From: Elainellaceae cyanobacterium
GTDB lineage: Bacteria > Cyanobacteriota > Cyanobacteriia > CAZCXK01
Reading direction: 5' to 3'
Assembly (NCBI GenBank): GCA_051117555.1
Contig: JBNPEG010000051.1
Span: forward strand, 1-64,000
DNA length: 64,000 bases
Part shown: piece by piece, positions 39,600-51,183 of the stretch
How positions within the stretch are numbered: position 1 is the stretch's first letter
Layout: the number at the start of each line of letters is the position of its first letter
Program-made: the position numbers and the translations under genes
Notes under the pieces: generated by a model
Databases searched by the model: none
What the model saw: the letters and a program-made list of their open reading frames with translations, nothing else
Told to the model about the DNA's origin: nothing

Positions 39600-40541
39600 C
39601 TAGGCAAATGATTCAATCAACAACGATTCAATCTGTTGAGGCGTCAATTCTTCAATCGTGTTGAGAACGATCGCAGCCCCTGCTGCCTTTAGCCGCGCCG
39701 CATACGACTCTCGATACTCCGGCGGATGATGGGCATGGGGCGGCAAAATGCCGACGCCAATCCACGGACGAGACGCATCGATGTGATTAGCATGCCTGAC
39801 CGTTTGCAAATCAGCTACGGTGTCTCCTGCATAAAAAACAGGTGCGGGGCTATCGATGTGATATCGTGCTTCGAGTTGCTTAACCGTCTTCAGCAGCCCC
39901 GCCGGATCGGGCTTGCTGGGCGCGTCTTCCATTGCAATCAAAACTGGGTCATGCAGTTTCAACCGAGTCTCCAAGACGAAGCGGGCTGACGCTGCGGTTG
40001 CTCCGCTAAAAAATCCCCATGCAATCCCTGCTTGACTAAGATTTTCAAGGTAACTCACCTGAAGTAATAGAGGTTCATCACAGATGTAGCCTGTCCACTG
40101 AGTCTCATCAGGGCCTCGATAGCGGCGTTGAAAAAATGCTACCAGCGCATCGTACTCTAATTTGAGCTGCGATCGCGGCCTGCCCTGTGTCTCAAAATAG
40201 CGATAGATCAATTCTTGAGAGGCGTCCCAGTCATTATTCCAGATACCCTCCGCTTTAAGGGCGTCGATGTCTGATTGCGAGGGGCGATAGGCGCCATCTG
40301 TGAAGTGTTCGACCGTATCTGCGATCGCCCGTCGATATGAACCGCTTACGTCCCGGATTACACCGTCAATATCAAAGATAACGATGGTGGCTGGCGAAAT
40401 ATCATGAAATGATTCTCGGCGTTTGCTCAAGCGTGGTGCCTCCTGATGCGTTTGGCTAGGACTCAGTGAGTCAAATGACAAGTCAGATGACGAATTCAGA
40501 GGATGCTGGACAGTCATACTAGGCGATCGCACCCACCCCAT
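39600..40541 (-). CDS. HAD superfamily hydrolase (TIGR01548-like)
   Basis: IFDIDGVIRDV, WNNDWD, KPDP, YAGDTVAD; start uncertain. Confidence 0.8.
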   Translation of the reverse strand: MGWVRSPSMTVQHPLNSSSDLSFDSLSPSQTHQEAPRLSKRRESFHDISPATIVIFDIDGVIRDVSGSYRRAIADTVEHFTDGAYRPSQSDIDALKAEGIWNNDWDASQELIYRYFETQGRPRSQLKLEYDALVAFFQRRYRGPDETQWTGYICDEPLLLQVSYLENLSQAGIAWGFFSGATAASARFVLETRLKLHDPVLIAMEDAPSKPDPAGLLKTVKQLEARYHIDSPAPVFYAGDTVADLQTVRHANHIDASRPWIGVGILPPHAHHPPEYRESYAARLKAAGAAIVLNTIEELTPQQIESLLIESFA

Positions 40542-40594
40542 CTAGCTTGAAACCTAGACTGCCTTCTTAAACACAGAAATTAAATAATTTAATA

Positions 40595-40682
40595 TATAGC
40601 AATCTCAGATGAGTTGTAGGCAGTGGAGCGGCGCCCGCCCCACCGCTCACACACAATTCACAAGCGATTTAGGATCGCTATA
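40595..40682. mobile_element. TATAGC-type element, subfamily B
   Basis: 40645-40682 is the exact reverse complement of 52573-52610; TATAGC...GCTATA ends. Confidence 0.8.
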
Positions 40683-40827
40683 GCAATCTCAGAGGATATT
40701 ACATCAGGCGATCGCAAGAATTTAGCAATCCTCATTAGGAATCCTTTAGCAATCTCGCCAAACCATGCCCTAGAATAGTGGGTTGTACACTAAGAGAAAG
40801 ATTTGGGGCGAAAACGTGGAGGTATCC

Positions 40828-41127
40828 TTGTCAAAATTTATCTTAAAGGTTCTCTGGTTAGAGGAGAATGTGGCGATCGCTGTTGACCAGGTTGTTGGCA
40901 AGGGCACAAGTCCGCTTACATCTTACTTTTTCTGGCCTCGGAACGATGCTTGGGAACAGTTGAAGTCTGAATTGGAATCCAAGCACTGGATTTCCGATGT
41001 TGACCGAGTCGATTTGCTCAACCAGGCAACAGAAATTATTAACTATTGGCAAGAAGGAGGAAAACGTCGCCCAATGTCTGATGCTCAAGCTAAGTTTCCG
41101 AATATTGTCTTTACTGGAAGCGCCTAA
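40828..41127 (+). CDS. ycf65: 30S ribosomal protein PSRP-3 / Ycf65
   Basis: [43 protein letters not shown] then TTG start. Confidence 0.92.
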   Translation: MSKFILKVLWLEENVAIAVDQVVGKGTSPLTSYFFWPRNDAWEQLKSELESKHWISDVDRVDLLNQATEIINYWQEGGKRRPMSDAQAKFPNIVFTGSA

Positions 41128-41406
41128 CAGGGGCGATCGGCACTATATTCTTACGGCTGTGTGCACCGATGAGCAATATGCTTAACACGGCTTAGAGTCA
41201 GATTTCTAGGGCATCTTGCTAACCATTCAGCAGAGATTTCCATACGATTCTCGGATTTTGAATTCTTCGGATTTCGAATTCTAACGACACAGCGACGAAC
41301 GTGTCTAGACGAACGTGTTTAGACACATAGCATGGCAGAGCAAGCAGACGGCTGTTGCTGTATGTGGCTGTCGCTGTATTCCGATGATTTTTGATATTCG
41401 AGTTCT

Positions 41407-41440
41407 AAAAAAGGCGCCAACTTCAATTGGCGCCTTTTTT
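41407..41440. terminator. Bidirectional rho-independent terminator downstream of atpC
   Basis: aaaaaaggcgccaa-cttcaa-ttggcgcctttttt. Confidence 0.9.
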
Positions 41441-41456
41441 AGTGAGATTTTTTACT

Positions 41457-41864
41457 TTATACAGTTCCGCCAGAGGCTTGAAGCCTCGCTCTGGCGCGCT
41501 TTAGCGCTTGAGCTGCTTGTAATTTCTCTTGGCGATTGTCACTGGACGCTTGATTAAATCGTTGTTCGGCTTCTTTATAGGCTGACTGTGCGGATGTCCG
41601 ATCAATCGAATCCCCTCTTTCTGCACCGTTTACGAGAATGGTGAGTTCGTCATTTTCAACTTCGGCAAATCCACCCATTAGGGCGATCGCCACCCAATCC
41701 TTTTCAGCACGAACCCGCATGACTCCAGTATCGAGGGCAGTTAGGAGGGGAGCATGTCCACTCAAAATTCCCAATTGCCCTGTGGTGCTTGGAAGAATGA
41801 CCTCCTCAGCCGCAGAATCCCACACAGTCTTATCAGGAGAAACAACGCGAACAGTTAATGCCAT
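41457..41864 (-). CDS. atpC: ATP synthase F1 epsilon subunit
   Basis: [34 protein letters not shown]. Confidence 0.97.
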   Translation of the reverse strand: MALTVRVVSPDKTVWDSAAEEVILPSTTGQLGILSGHAPLLTALDTGVMRVRAEKDWVAIALMGGFAEVENDELTILVNGAERGDSIDRTSAQSAYKEAEQRFNQASSDNRQEKLQAAQALKRARARLQASGGTV

Positions 41865-41998
41865 AGTTAGCTCGTCAACTCAGTAGGGTCAAAATAACGG
41901 CGGACATCAGCTTCAATCAACAATTAACAACGAGAAGGCTAACCATCTACGATCAATGATTAGCCTCTCAGAGCTAATAGCTGATCACACTGAATTGT

Positions 41999-43528
<1,530 letters not shown>

Positions 43529-43837
43529 TTATCACCCAACGTAAAGCTTAGCGAAGGATTCGTGGCGGCAACCCGAAAAAATATCACGATTTAGCCTCTG
43601 TATATGAACTATGAATGGGGCGATCGCCTCTATTCATGGCAATTAACAGCAATATAGATTAAGGATATAAGCGTCTCTGGCGCGAATGCACGATAGGTTC
43701 CGACGATTGCGACATTGAAATCTATAATTTATAGAGGGTTGAACAGCATTCTTACGAACGTCGAAGCAGCATTGCTTGAACTGTTTCGTATTGGGCTGTG
43801 ACTCGAATTGTTGCCTCATTGTTTTTTTGCCATTGCC

Positions 43838-45214
43838 ATGACCACTCCCGATCGCCGCTTTCATATCACAACGTTTGGCTGCCAAATGAACAAAGCCGAT
43901 TCCGAACGAATGGCAGGTATTTTGGAGGGCATGGGGTTTCAGTGGTCAGAAACTCCAGATAATGCAGATGTCATTCTCTATAACACCTGTACAATTCGAG
44001 ATAACGCCGAGCAAAAGGTGTATTCCTATCTGGGGCGGCAAGCCAAACGGAAGCATGAGCAGCCTAACTTGACGCTTATTGTCGCGGGCTGTGTTGCTCA
44101 GCAAGAGGGAGAATCGCTATTGCGACGTGTCCCTGAATTAGACCTAGTGATGGGACCTCAACACGCAAATCGCCTACAAGATTTGCTAGAGCAAGTATTT
44201 GGTGGCAACCAGATTGTTGCCACAGAACCAATTCATATTGTCGAAGACATCACAAAACCTCGCCGGGATAGTACTGTAACGGCATGGGTCAACGTTATTT
44301 ATGGTTGCAACGAACGCTGCACCTATTGTGTGGTGCCAAATGTGCGAGGAGTAGAACAATCTCGTACACCCGAAGCGATTCGCACTGAAATTGAAGAACT
44401 GGGGCGACGTGGATACAAGGAGATTACTCTTCTAGGGCAAAATATCGATGCCTATGGCAGGGATCTACCAGGAACAACTGCCGACGGTCGACATCGACAC
44501 ACCCTCACAGACTTGCTTTACTACATTCATGACGTTCCTGGCATTGAACGCATTCGATTTGCGACGAGTCATCCCCGCTATTTTACTGAACGGTTGATTC
44601 GTGCGTGTGCTGAGTTGCCCAAAGTTTGTGAACATTTTCATATCCCATTTCAATCTGGGGATAATGAGATTCTCAAGGCGATGGCGCGGGGCTATACTCA
44701 CGAAAAATATCGGCGCATTATTCATAAAATTCGGGATTATATGCCCGATGCAGCCATCAGTGCGGATGCCATTGTGGGTTTTCCTGGCGAAACAGATGAC
44801 CAGTTTGAAAATACGCTAAAGCTGGTAGACGATATTGGCTTTGATCAGCTCAACACCGCGGCCTACTCGCCGCGTCCTGGTACTCCTGCTGCCAAGTGGG
44901 AAACTCAGCTTCCAGAAATAGTGAAGAGCGATCGCCTCCAACGACTCAACCATTTAGTTTCCATTAAAGCGGCTGAACGATCGCAGCGATATCGCGGGCG
45001 GATTGAAGAAGTCTTAGTCGAAGATCAAAACCCTAAAGACGCGACCCAGGTGATGGGGCGCACACGGGGCAATCGACTGACCTTTTTTGAAGGAGATGCG
45101 GCGACGCTCAAGGGGCAGTTGGTTACCGTTACAATCACCGAAGCTCGCGCATTCAGCCTAACCGGAGATGGTGTTAAACACGAAAGTCGTCAGCCAACAG
45201 TTTTGAAATGCTGA
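43838..45214 (+). CDS. miaB: tRNA-2-methylthio-N6-isopentenyladenosine synthase
   Basis: TFGCQMN, radical [12 protein letters not shown]-terminal TRAM domain. Confidence 0.96.
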   Translation: MTTPDRRFHITTFGCQMNKADSERMAGILEGMGFQWSETPDNADVILYNTCTIRDNAEQKVYSYLGRQAKRKHEQPNLTLIVAGCVAQQEGESLLRRVPELDLVMGPQHANRLQDLLEQVFGGNQIVATEPIHIVEDITKPRRDSTVTAWVNVIYGCNERCTYCVVPNVRGVEQSRTPEAIRTEIEELGRRGYKEITLLGQNIDAYGRDLPGTTADGRHRHTLTDLLYYIHDVPGIERIRFATSHPRYFTERLIRACAELPKVCEHFHIPFQSGDNEILKAMARGYTHEKYRRIIHKIRDYMPDAAISADAIVGFPGETDDQFENTLKLVDDIGFDQLNTAAYSPRPGTPAAKWETQLPEIVKSDRLQRLNHLVSIKAAERSQRYRGRIEEVLVEDQNPKDATQVMGRTRGNRLTFFEGDAATLKGQLVTVTITEARAFSLTGDGVKHESRQPTVLKC

Positions 45215-45294
45215 TGATGTCAGAAATTAGTTGAATCTACTGAGGCTCTCAGCAGAATTTAATGAATTAAAAATTACAGGCGATTCTCAGTCGT

Positions 45295-45389
45295 TATAGC
45301 CCTACGGGCTCAGGTTTGTGTAGTAAGCCCCCGCGCCGCAGGCTTACTACATGTTCTTCAACGTCCTAACGCGAGAGCGTACGGCTATA
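45295..45389. mobile_element. TATAGC-type element, subfamily A, intact-looking copy
   Basis: TATAGC...GCTATA termini; central perfect stem tgtagtaagcc / ggcttactaca. Confidence 0.8.
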
Positions 45390-45638
45390 GATTCGGAATT
45401 AGATCGGAAGGCGATTGCGTGAAAATTCGCACTATCTTCGCTTCGAGTGCTTGGTTTTGGTTGATTCTTGAAGATTTCACTGAGATCAGGCAGTAAATAG
45501 AGTCGTAATTTCTACATTGATATGTGCTGCTTTCGCTTGCTAAGACTAAGTCATCTCTGCAAGGAGGGCCTGCTTCGGTTTTTAGAGTCAGTTTGGGATG
45601 ACTATTAACAGCGCAATCGTTAAGAGACCTCATCAGCA

Positions 45639-46430
45639 ATGAAATCAAACCTGTCTGTTTTTAATTCTTATTGGATACGACGCTTACAGATACAGCGACT
45701 CCAAGCATTTGGGGTGATCGCATCTTCATCCTGTCAACATAAAGCAGGCGACAAATCGGCGCGCTGTTCTGCTCCTGAAGCAGGTTTAACTCTGCTGGAA
45801 TGCCTTGTGGCGATCGCCGTAATAGCCTTAACTGGAGCAATGGTGGGTCCTCCTCTTTTGCTGGCAACTGCAACTCGTATCCAAAACCAGCGAGCAGAAC
45901 AAGCTTTGCAAATTGGGCAGGGCGAAGTCGATCGGGTGCGATCGCTAGTCGAACGAGGCGAACACACCCCGACAAACTTGCCGGCGGCTGTCGCTGGTAA
46001 TCCAACAAATCTAGATACAGCTACAACACCCGCGAGCGTTGTAGGGGCTCTGAAATCAGTTAGTTCAACTTGTTCTACCTATACCGGAGCGCAGATTCCA
46101 GTCGACCGGGCATTACAAATTGACGTGGATGGCGATTGTCAACCTGACTTCTTGATGCAAGTGTTTCGGACGCGCGGCACGGTTTCGCAGCGAGAGCAAG
46201 TTGGGCGCAATCGTCCAGGCGAGTTTGGCCTCATGGTTCGGGTGTATGCCGCGATCGCTCAGACTAATTTGGGCAATCTAGATAAAGAACCCGCAAGTTT
46301 GCGATTCACCTCCGGTGAAGGTAACCAGCGCAGCCGCCCCCTCGCCGTGCTCACCACACAAATCACCTGGAGTGAAAGCGACAATTCTCTCTTCTGCTAC
46401 CAAGAGCTAGCAAACTGCCAACCTCAATAG
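45639..46430 (+). CDS. Type IV pilin-like protein (prepilin cleavage/methylation domain)
   Basis: AG-LTLLE followed by a hydrophobic helix; start uncertain. Confidence 0.85.
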   Translation: MKSNLSVFNSYWIRRLQIQRLQAFGVIASSSCQHKAGDKSARCSAPEAGLTLLECLVAIAVIALTGAMVGPPLLLATATRIQNQRAEQALQIGQGEVDRVRSLVERGEHTPTNLPAAVAGNPTNLDTATTPASVVGALKSVSSTCSTYTGAQIPVDRALQIDVDGDCQPDFLMQVFRTRGTVSQREQVGRNRPGEFGLMVRVYAAIAQTNLGNLDKEPASLRFTSGEGNQRSRPLAVLTTQITWSESDNSLFCYQELANCQPQ

Positions 46431-46513
46431 CAATCGCCCGACCTCAGATTGCTTGTATGAGCAAAAGCAGCTTACCAACGGCATGTACTGAAACTCATCT
46501 GGAAGATGTAGCC

Positions 46514-47632
46514 ATGAATTCTTTTACCTCCGTCTTAATAAAACGGTTTGGGCGATCGCGCCGTGTATCGATCAGTAATCGAGGATTTACTCTTACAGAA
46601 CTACTCGTCACCATGCTTATTGCTGGTGGCATTATATCTGGATTGATGTACATGGTGATTGAGTTGCTTACCGCAGATCAGCGTGAAGCAACCCGAACTC
46701 AAACTCAGCAAGAAATGCAAATGGCGATGGACTACATTAGTGCTGAGCTTCGGGAAGCTGTTTATATATATGAAGGGGCTTGTCTAAGTTCAACGGGGGA
46801 AGGAAACATCAACATGCCAAACGGAGATGCTGCGACAAACACGCCCTCCTATTGCCCTGGCTTATATGACCACTTGCCAGCAGTACTAACGCCGACTAGC
46901 AACAGCTATCCAATCCTCGCATTTTGGAAGCAGCAAAAACTTCCAGCTTCTGTTCGCCAAGCGTGTACCGCAGGCAACGCACTCCCTGCTACTCCTTGTA
47001 CCTCAGGTCATTCATATGCGCTAGTCGTCTACTCGCTGAATTCGTCTAATACTCAAGGAACATGGAGTGGCAGAGCGCGAATTACTCGGTATGTGTTGTC
47101 AGAGTTCAATAATAATGGCACTCGTAACAGCGAGGATGTAGGATACGTCAATCCGTCTATGTTTCGCAACAATTTCAAGAGTTGGCCCTTTTACCAAAAT
47201 GCCGATGTATCGACGGGGCAGTTCTCCGGTGTTCCTACCAACCGTCAAATAAACCGACCTACGACCAATGGAGGCAATCCAGCCGTATTGGTTGATTTTG
47301 TCGATGACGGCAGCGGAGCAGCAGCAAGCAGTGTCAATACCAATGCAACATGTTTCAATGACGGAGACGCAACTCCAGAGATTGGTGAATATGTCAGAAC
47401 ATTCGATCCAACTACCTTTACTGGCGTAGTAGCAGATGCCCCTGGTTTTTATGCCTGTGTGAGCGTTAATAGTGACACGACTCGGAATAGGGATGTCGTG
47501 TTATATGTTCGTGGCAATCCCTTTGGTCGACCCGGCGTAAGGCGAGATCCCCAGATGACCAGCGCATTGCCTACGCTTGAAACCCGTGTCTTGAGTCGAC
47601 CCGTGCTGAGTAAGTCCCCTCAAGTCAACTAG
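46514..47632 (+). CDS. Type IV pilin-like protein (PilW-like minor pilin)
   Basis: RG-FTLTELLV; AMDYISAELREA. Confidence 0.85.
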   Translation: MNSFTSVLIKRFGRSRRVSISNRGFTLTELLVTMLIAGGIISGLMYMVIELLTADQREATRTQTQQEMQMAMDYISAELREAVYIYEGACLSSTGEGNINMPNGDAATNTPSYCPGLYDHLPAVLTPTSNSYPILAFWKQQKLPASVRQACTAGNALPATPCTSGHSYALVVYSLNSSNTQGTWSGRARITRYVLSEFNNNGTRNSEDVGYVNPSMFRNNFKSWPFYQNADVSTGQFSGVPTNRQINRPTTNGGNPAVLVDFVDDGSGAAASSVNTNATCFNDGDATPEIGEYVRTFDPTTFTGVVADAPGFYACVSVNSDTTRNRDVVLYVRGNPFGRPGVRRDPQMTSALPTLETRVLSRPVLSKSPQVN

Positions 47633-47685
47633 CACATCAGGATTCTGTCTCGGCTCATTATCATCCATTCATTGGAGTCAGACCC

Positions 47686-48210
47686 ATGCTACGTCGTTCT
47701 ACTGTTCGTCACTCTACTGCTGGCTTCACAATTCTTGAAGTGCTCGCCGTAGTTATAATCATGGGGATCTTGGCAGCGATTGCTGCACCTGGATGGCTGT
47801 CTTTTATGAATCAAAGACGAGCGAATGCGGCAAACAATCAGGTCTTACAGCAAATTCGCTTTATGCAAAGTGAAGCCCAGCGTACTCGACAAACAGAAAC
47901 ACTTGCATTTATTGCCGCAGAAGAGTCTAATTCGGGGCTGCCTGAGCTGAGTCGCAACGGTATTCAGTATGTGCTGGGCGAGGGAGAGTATAAGCCCGGA
48001 ATGGTATCGCTCACAGCGTTTACGCGCGACGGAACCGCTCTCGACCAGTTAACTTTTAGCGCCGACGGAACGCTTGCACTCGAGTACGAGACATCCATGC
48101 CAATCAAAGTCACAGTCGCTGCACCAGGTGGCGCAGATATGCGGCGATGTCTCATCATTGAGACGCTTCTAGGGGCGATTTATGTAGAGAAGAATGAGGC
48201 TTGCAATTAA
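47686..48210 (+). CDS. Type IV pilin-like protein (FimT/FimU-like)
   Basis: AG-FTILEVLAVVIIMGILAAIAAPGW; C-terminal Cys pair. Confidence 0.88.
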   Translation: MLRRSTVRHSTAGFTILEVLAVVIIMGILAAIAAPGWLSFMNQRRANAANNQVLQQIRFMQSEAQRTRQTETLAFIAAEESNSGLPELSRNGIQYVLGEGEYKPGMVSLTAFTRDGTALDQLTFSADGTLALEYETSMPIKVTVAAPGGADMRRCLIIETLLGAIYVEKNEACN

Positions 48211-48270
48211 TCCTAACCGGGCGTTTCCATCCCGAAGATTCGGAAGATTCAGTTGATAAGATTCAGTTTA

Positions 48271-48357
48271 TGTAGCAATTTTTAATTGCGTTAAGTACAA
48301 AAATGTTGTGCGGCGCGCCGCGCACCACCATACTCAACTCAAGCGCATGCCATTATA
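48271..48357. mobile_element. TATAGC-type element, subfamily C
   Basis: tgtagcaatt..aattgcgt ... aactcaagcgca..tata matches the reverse complement of 23345-23438; central gtgcggcgcgccgcgcac hairpin. Confidence 0.65.
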
Positions 48358-48469
48358 AATGTTTAATTGCTGCAACGTTGATTAATGCTTTTAGATATTG
48401 ATTCTTGAATATTTACGTTTAGTTGAGCTAGTCGCTTGACACATGAACTTGTGTGATAAGTTACAGAAA

Positions 48470-48845
48470 TAGATGTTGGATAAACATTCTCAATTTGCGA
48501 GATAAGCTGGAGAGGAGTTTTGCCGCTGTGGTCTCTTGTCGCACATCGAAGGAGAGCGATGTCAGGTGTGTAGGCAGTTTACTCGCAACGATATAGGGTG
48601 GTGTGGAGTTTTTATCGCTTCCTCCACGTTGTTACTACCAAGGGGGAACTAAACTTCCCGCCAGAGCGGTCTGAGGTAGTAGACACCCCTTATTTATTGA
48701 ATATTGCCTACCTGCGATTGAAGCCGCGCCTAAATAGGTGAGGTCAGTCTTCGCTAACTCTCATGTCACACGGGGGTTCGGTCTGTGCAGCAACGGTTAT
48801 CTTCGCAAAGTTGCTATGCGTCTGCAACCGCTAGGTGTCTGAGGT
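48470..48845 (+). ncRNA. Candidate structured non-coding RNA (family not recognised; boundaries and strand approximate)
   Basis: No ORF of 60 aa or more; many nested stems; upstream TTGACA and TG-n-TAAGTT promoter-like motifs. Confidence 0.5.
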
Positions 48846-48896
48846 TTATAAGTATCTAGTTTAATAAGTATCCAAATCTAAAGTTTTGTCAGTCAA

Positions 48897-49991
48897 TCAG
48901 GATACGGATGAGTCGAGATACTGCCGCACTAGATGTGCAAGTTGCTCAGCGCTATCGGCGATCGCCATTTTCCCCGCGGCTTCTGCCATAGCATTTAATC
49001 GTTCAGGCGATTGAAACAAATTTAGAACTTTGGTTTTGAGAATGTCTGGAGTGAGTTCTGCCTGACGGCACACAATTGCGGCATTGGCTGCTGCGAAAAT
49101 AGCCGCATTAAAGGTTTGGTGATCGTCAGCCGCGTAAGGGTACGGGATTAAAATCGACGGTGTCTGAGTTATTGCTAACTCCGTCAGGGTTCCAGCGCCC
49201 GCGCGACTAATTGCAAGATTTGTCCTCTTGAGTAAGCATGCCATGTTGTCATAAAAAGACAATGGAAAATATTGAGGATGGCTTAATTGTCTGACATCCG
49301 GATCACTCCCGCCCGTCAGGTGAACAATCCAGATTCCTTCTTCAAACCACTCAGGCGCACATTTACGAACGAGTTGATTAACGGCGACGGCTCCCTGGCT
49401 TCCTCCAATGACGACTATGAGGGGGACATCAGGGGGAATCGGTAAATCTCTGAGCAAATTGCCGTCTCTCCCGCTGTCTTGATGATTACGAAATTGCGAT
49501 CGTACGGGGGTGCCAACGCAAACGGTCTGAGCTCTCGGCAAATATTGCACTGACGCATCAAATCCTAATGCAACTGCGGTGCACCATGGGCTTAACCAAC
49601 GTGTGACTTTTCCAGGCAAGACATTAGACTCGTGCAAGATAGCAGGCAAGCCAAGTGTCCGTGCGGCAATAATAGCAGGGGCAGCAATATATCCGCCCGT
49701 TGTCAGCACACCGTCAAAGTTTCTAGTTTGTAGGAGATATCTGACCTCACGAATAGAAGAAACAAATCTTCTAAGGGTTTGGAACGTCCTGAGTCCAAAT
49801 CGTGTTTGAAATCCTTCTATCTCGATAATGTTCATAGGATAGCAGTCAGGCACGAGACGAGTTTCTAAGCGATTAGAAACACCCAACCACTCAATTTGAT
49901 AGTCTGAAAGTTGCTCGGCAGTGGCGATCGCTGGAAATAAATGTCCTCCCGTACCGCTTGCTGCAATGAGCAGTTTTTTTACATCAGCCAA
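48897..49991 (-). CDS. murG: Undecaprenyldiphospho-muramoylpentapeptide beta-N-acetylglucosaminyltransferase
   Basis: SGTGGHLFP, HESN, GGSQGA, SRAGAGT, YAADDHQ. Confidence 0.96.
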   Translation of the reverse strand: MADVKKLLIAASGTGGHLFPAIATAEQLSDYQIEWLGVSNRLETRLVPDCYPMNIIEIEGFQTRFGLRTFQTLRRFVSSIREVRYLLQTRNFDGVLTTGGYIAAPAIIAARTLGLPAILHESNVLPGKVTRWLSPWCTAVALGFDASVQYLPRAQTVCVGTPVRSQFRNHQDSGRDGNLLRDLPIPPDVPLIVVIGGSQGAVAVNQLVRKCAPEWFEEGIWIVHLTGGSDPDVRQLSHPQYFPLSFYDNMACLLKRTNLAISRAGAGTLTELAITQTPSILIPYPYAADDHQTFNAAIFAAANAAIVCRQAELTPDILKTKVLNLFQSPERLNAMAEAAGKMAIADSAEQLAHLVRQYLDSSVS

Positions 49992-50205
49992 CGATTAACT
50001 TCTCCAGAAAATAGCCTGTCAGGGTTACAAATTAGGTGAATATGATAGAGGTTATTTTGCGCCAGGTTCTAAAGTCCGAGTTACCCTATAGTCACCTCAC
50101 CTTGAACTGATAAATTTCTTTAGGAAAGCAAATTGCCAGTCTCTAGGTGAGAATTTTTGAAACCAATAGGCTCGTCCCGTTATTTAGCTAATCACCCTAT
50201 CATCT

Positions 50206-51108
50206 ATGGTCAACTTTCAGAATTTAAAGCCCCAAATCTTCTTAAATTTACCCAATTTACGGAATATATCTCAGATGCGTTGTTTATATTGCAAACCTCA
50301 ACGGATGCTGGTGCCGTGTATCGTGATAGGAATGTCTTTGAGTTGGGCAGGTGGAGTGAATGCTCAATCTAGCAATGAGGTGAGTCCTCCTGCGGAGATT
50401 TCTGAGGCATTATCGCAAATTGACAGGGCTGCAAGCCAGGAAAATTTAGGCGATGTTCTAGAATTTTATAGCCCTGAGTTTACGAGCTCGGATGGTATGA
50501 CTATTGATGCTTTAGAGGAAGCGTTAAAAATTTTCTGGGAGCGTTTCTCAAATGTGCGCTACGAGACTCAGTTAATATCGTGGGAGCAAGAGGATGATTC
50601 AATTATCGTAGAGACCTTAACTACGATTACCGGAACTCAAGACCTAGCTCAGCATGAATTTGATTTGGTTGCAACGATTGAGTCTCGTCAGCAGTTTGAG
50701 AATCAAAAGATTACTCGACAAGAGATTTTGTCAGAAACTAGTCAGATGACAAGCGGTGAAAACCCTCCTAGCGTGGATATGATTTTGCCGGAGCAAGTTG
50801 GAATTGGTCAGCGCTTTGCTTTAGATGCCATCGTACTAGAACCTCTGGGGGACGATTTGCTGGTTGGTGCTGCCATCGAAGAGCCTGTTCAACCATCCGG
50901 CTATATCGTCAGTGCCCCCGTTAATCTAGAAGTTTTGTCTGCTGGAGGGCTGTTTAAAGTCGGTCAAGCACCTGCAATTCCTGAAAATCGTTGGATTTCT
51001 ACCGTCATTATCCGTGAGGATGGCATTACGATGACTAGTCAGAGATTGCAAGTCGTGAGCCAGAGTTCTACACCTACTGACACTGATACATCTACCAATA
51101 CTGATTAG
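50206..51108 (+). CDS. Secreted NTF2-like fold protein
   Basis: Signal-like segment, then IDRAASQENLGDVLEFYSPEF; true start probably downstream. Confidence 0.7.
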   Translation: MVNFQNLKPQIFLNLPNLRNISQMRCLYCKPQRMLVPCIVIGMSLSWAGGVNAQSSNEVSPPAEISEALSQIDRAASQENLGDVLEFYSPEFTSSDGMTIDALEEALKIFWERFSNVRYETQLISWEQEDDSIIVETLTTITGTQDLAQHEFDLVATIESRQQFENQKITRQEILSETSQMTSGENPPSVDMILPEQVGIGQRFALDAIVLEPLGDDLLVGAAIEEPVQPSGYIVSAPVNLEVLSAGGLFKVGQAPAIPENRWISTVIIREDGITMTSQRLQVVSQSSTPTDTDTSTNTD

Positions 51109-51183
51109 CTCCTGTCTCGCCATGATATTTAATAGGCATGAGGTTATCTCTGAGCTAAACGGTAGACATCGAATAGGGGAATC

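Noticed and set aside
48470..48845. tmRNA, RNase P RNA, SRP RNA, group II intron or HEARO/omega RNA
   Set aside because: No tRNA-like ends, no GAGGAAAGUCC, no SRP GGAA/AGCAG loop, no domain V, no adjacent IscB/HNH ORF. 6S RNA cannot be excluded without a covariance search.
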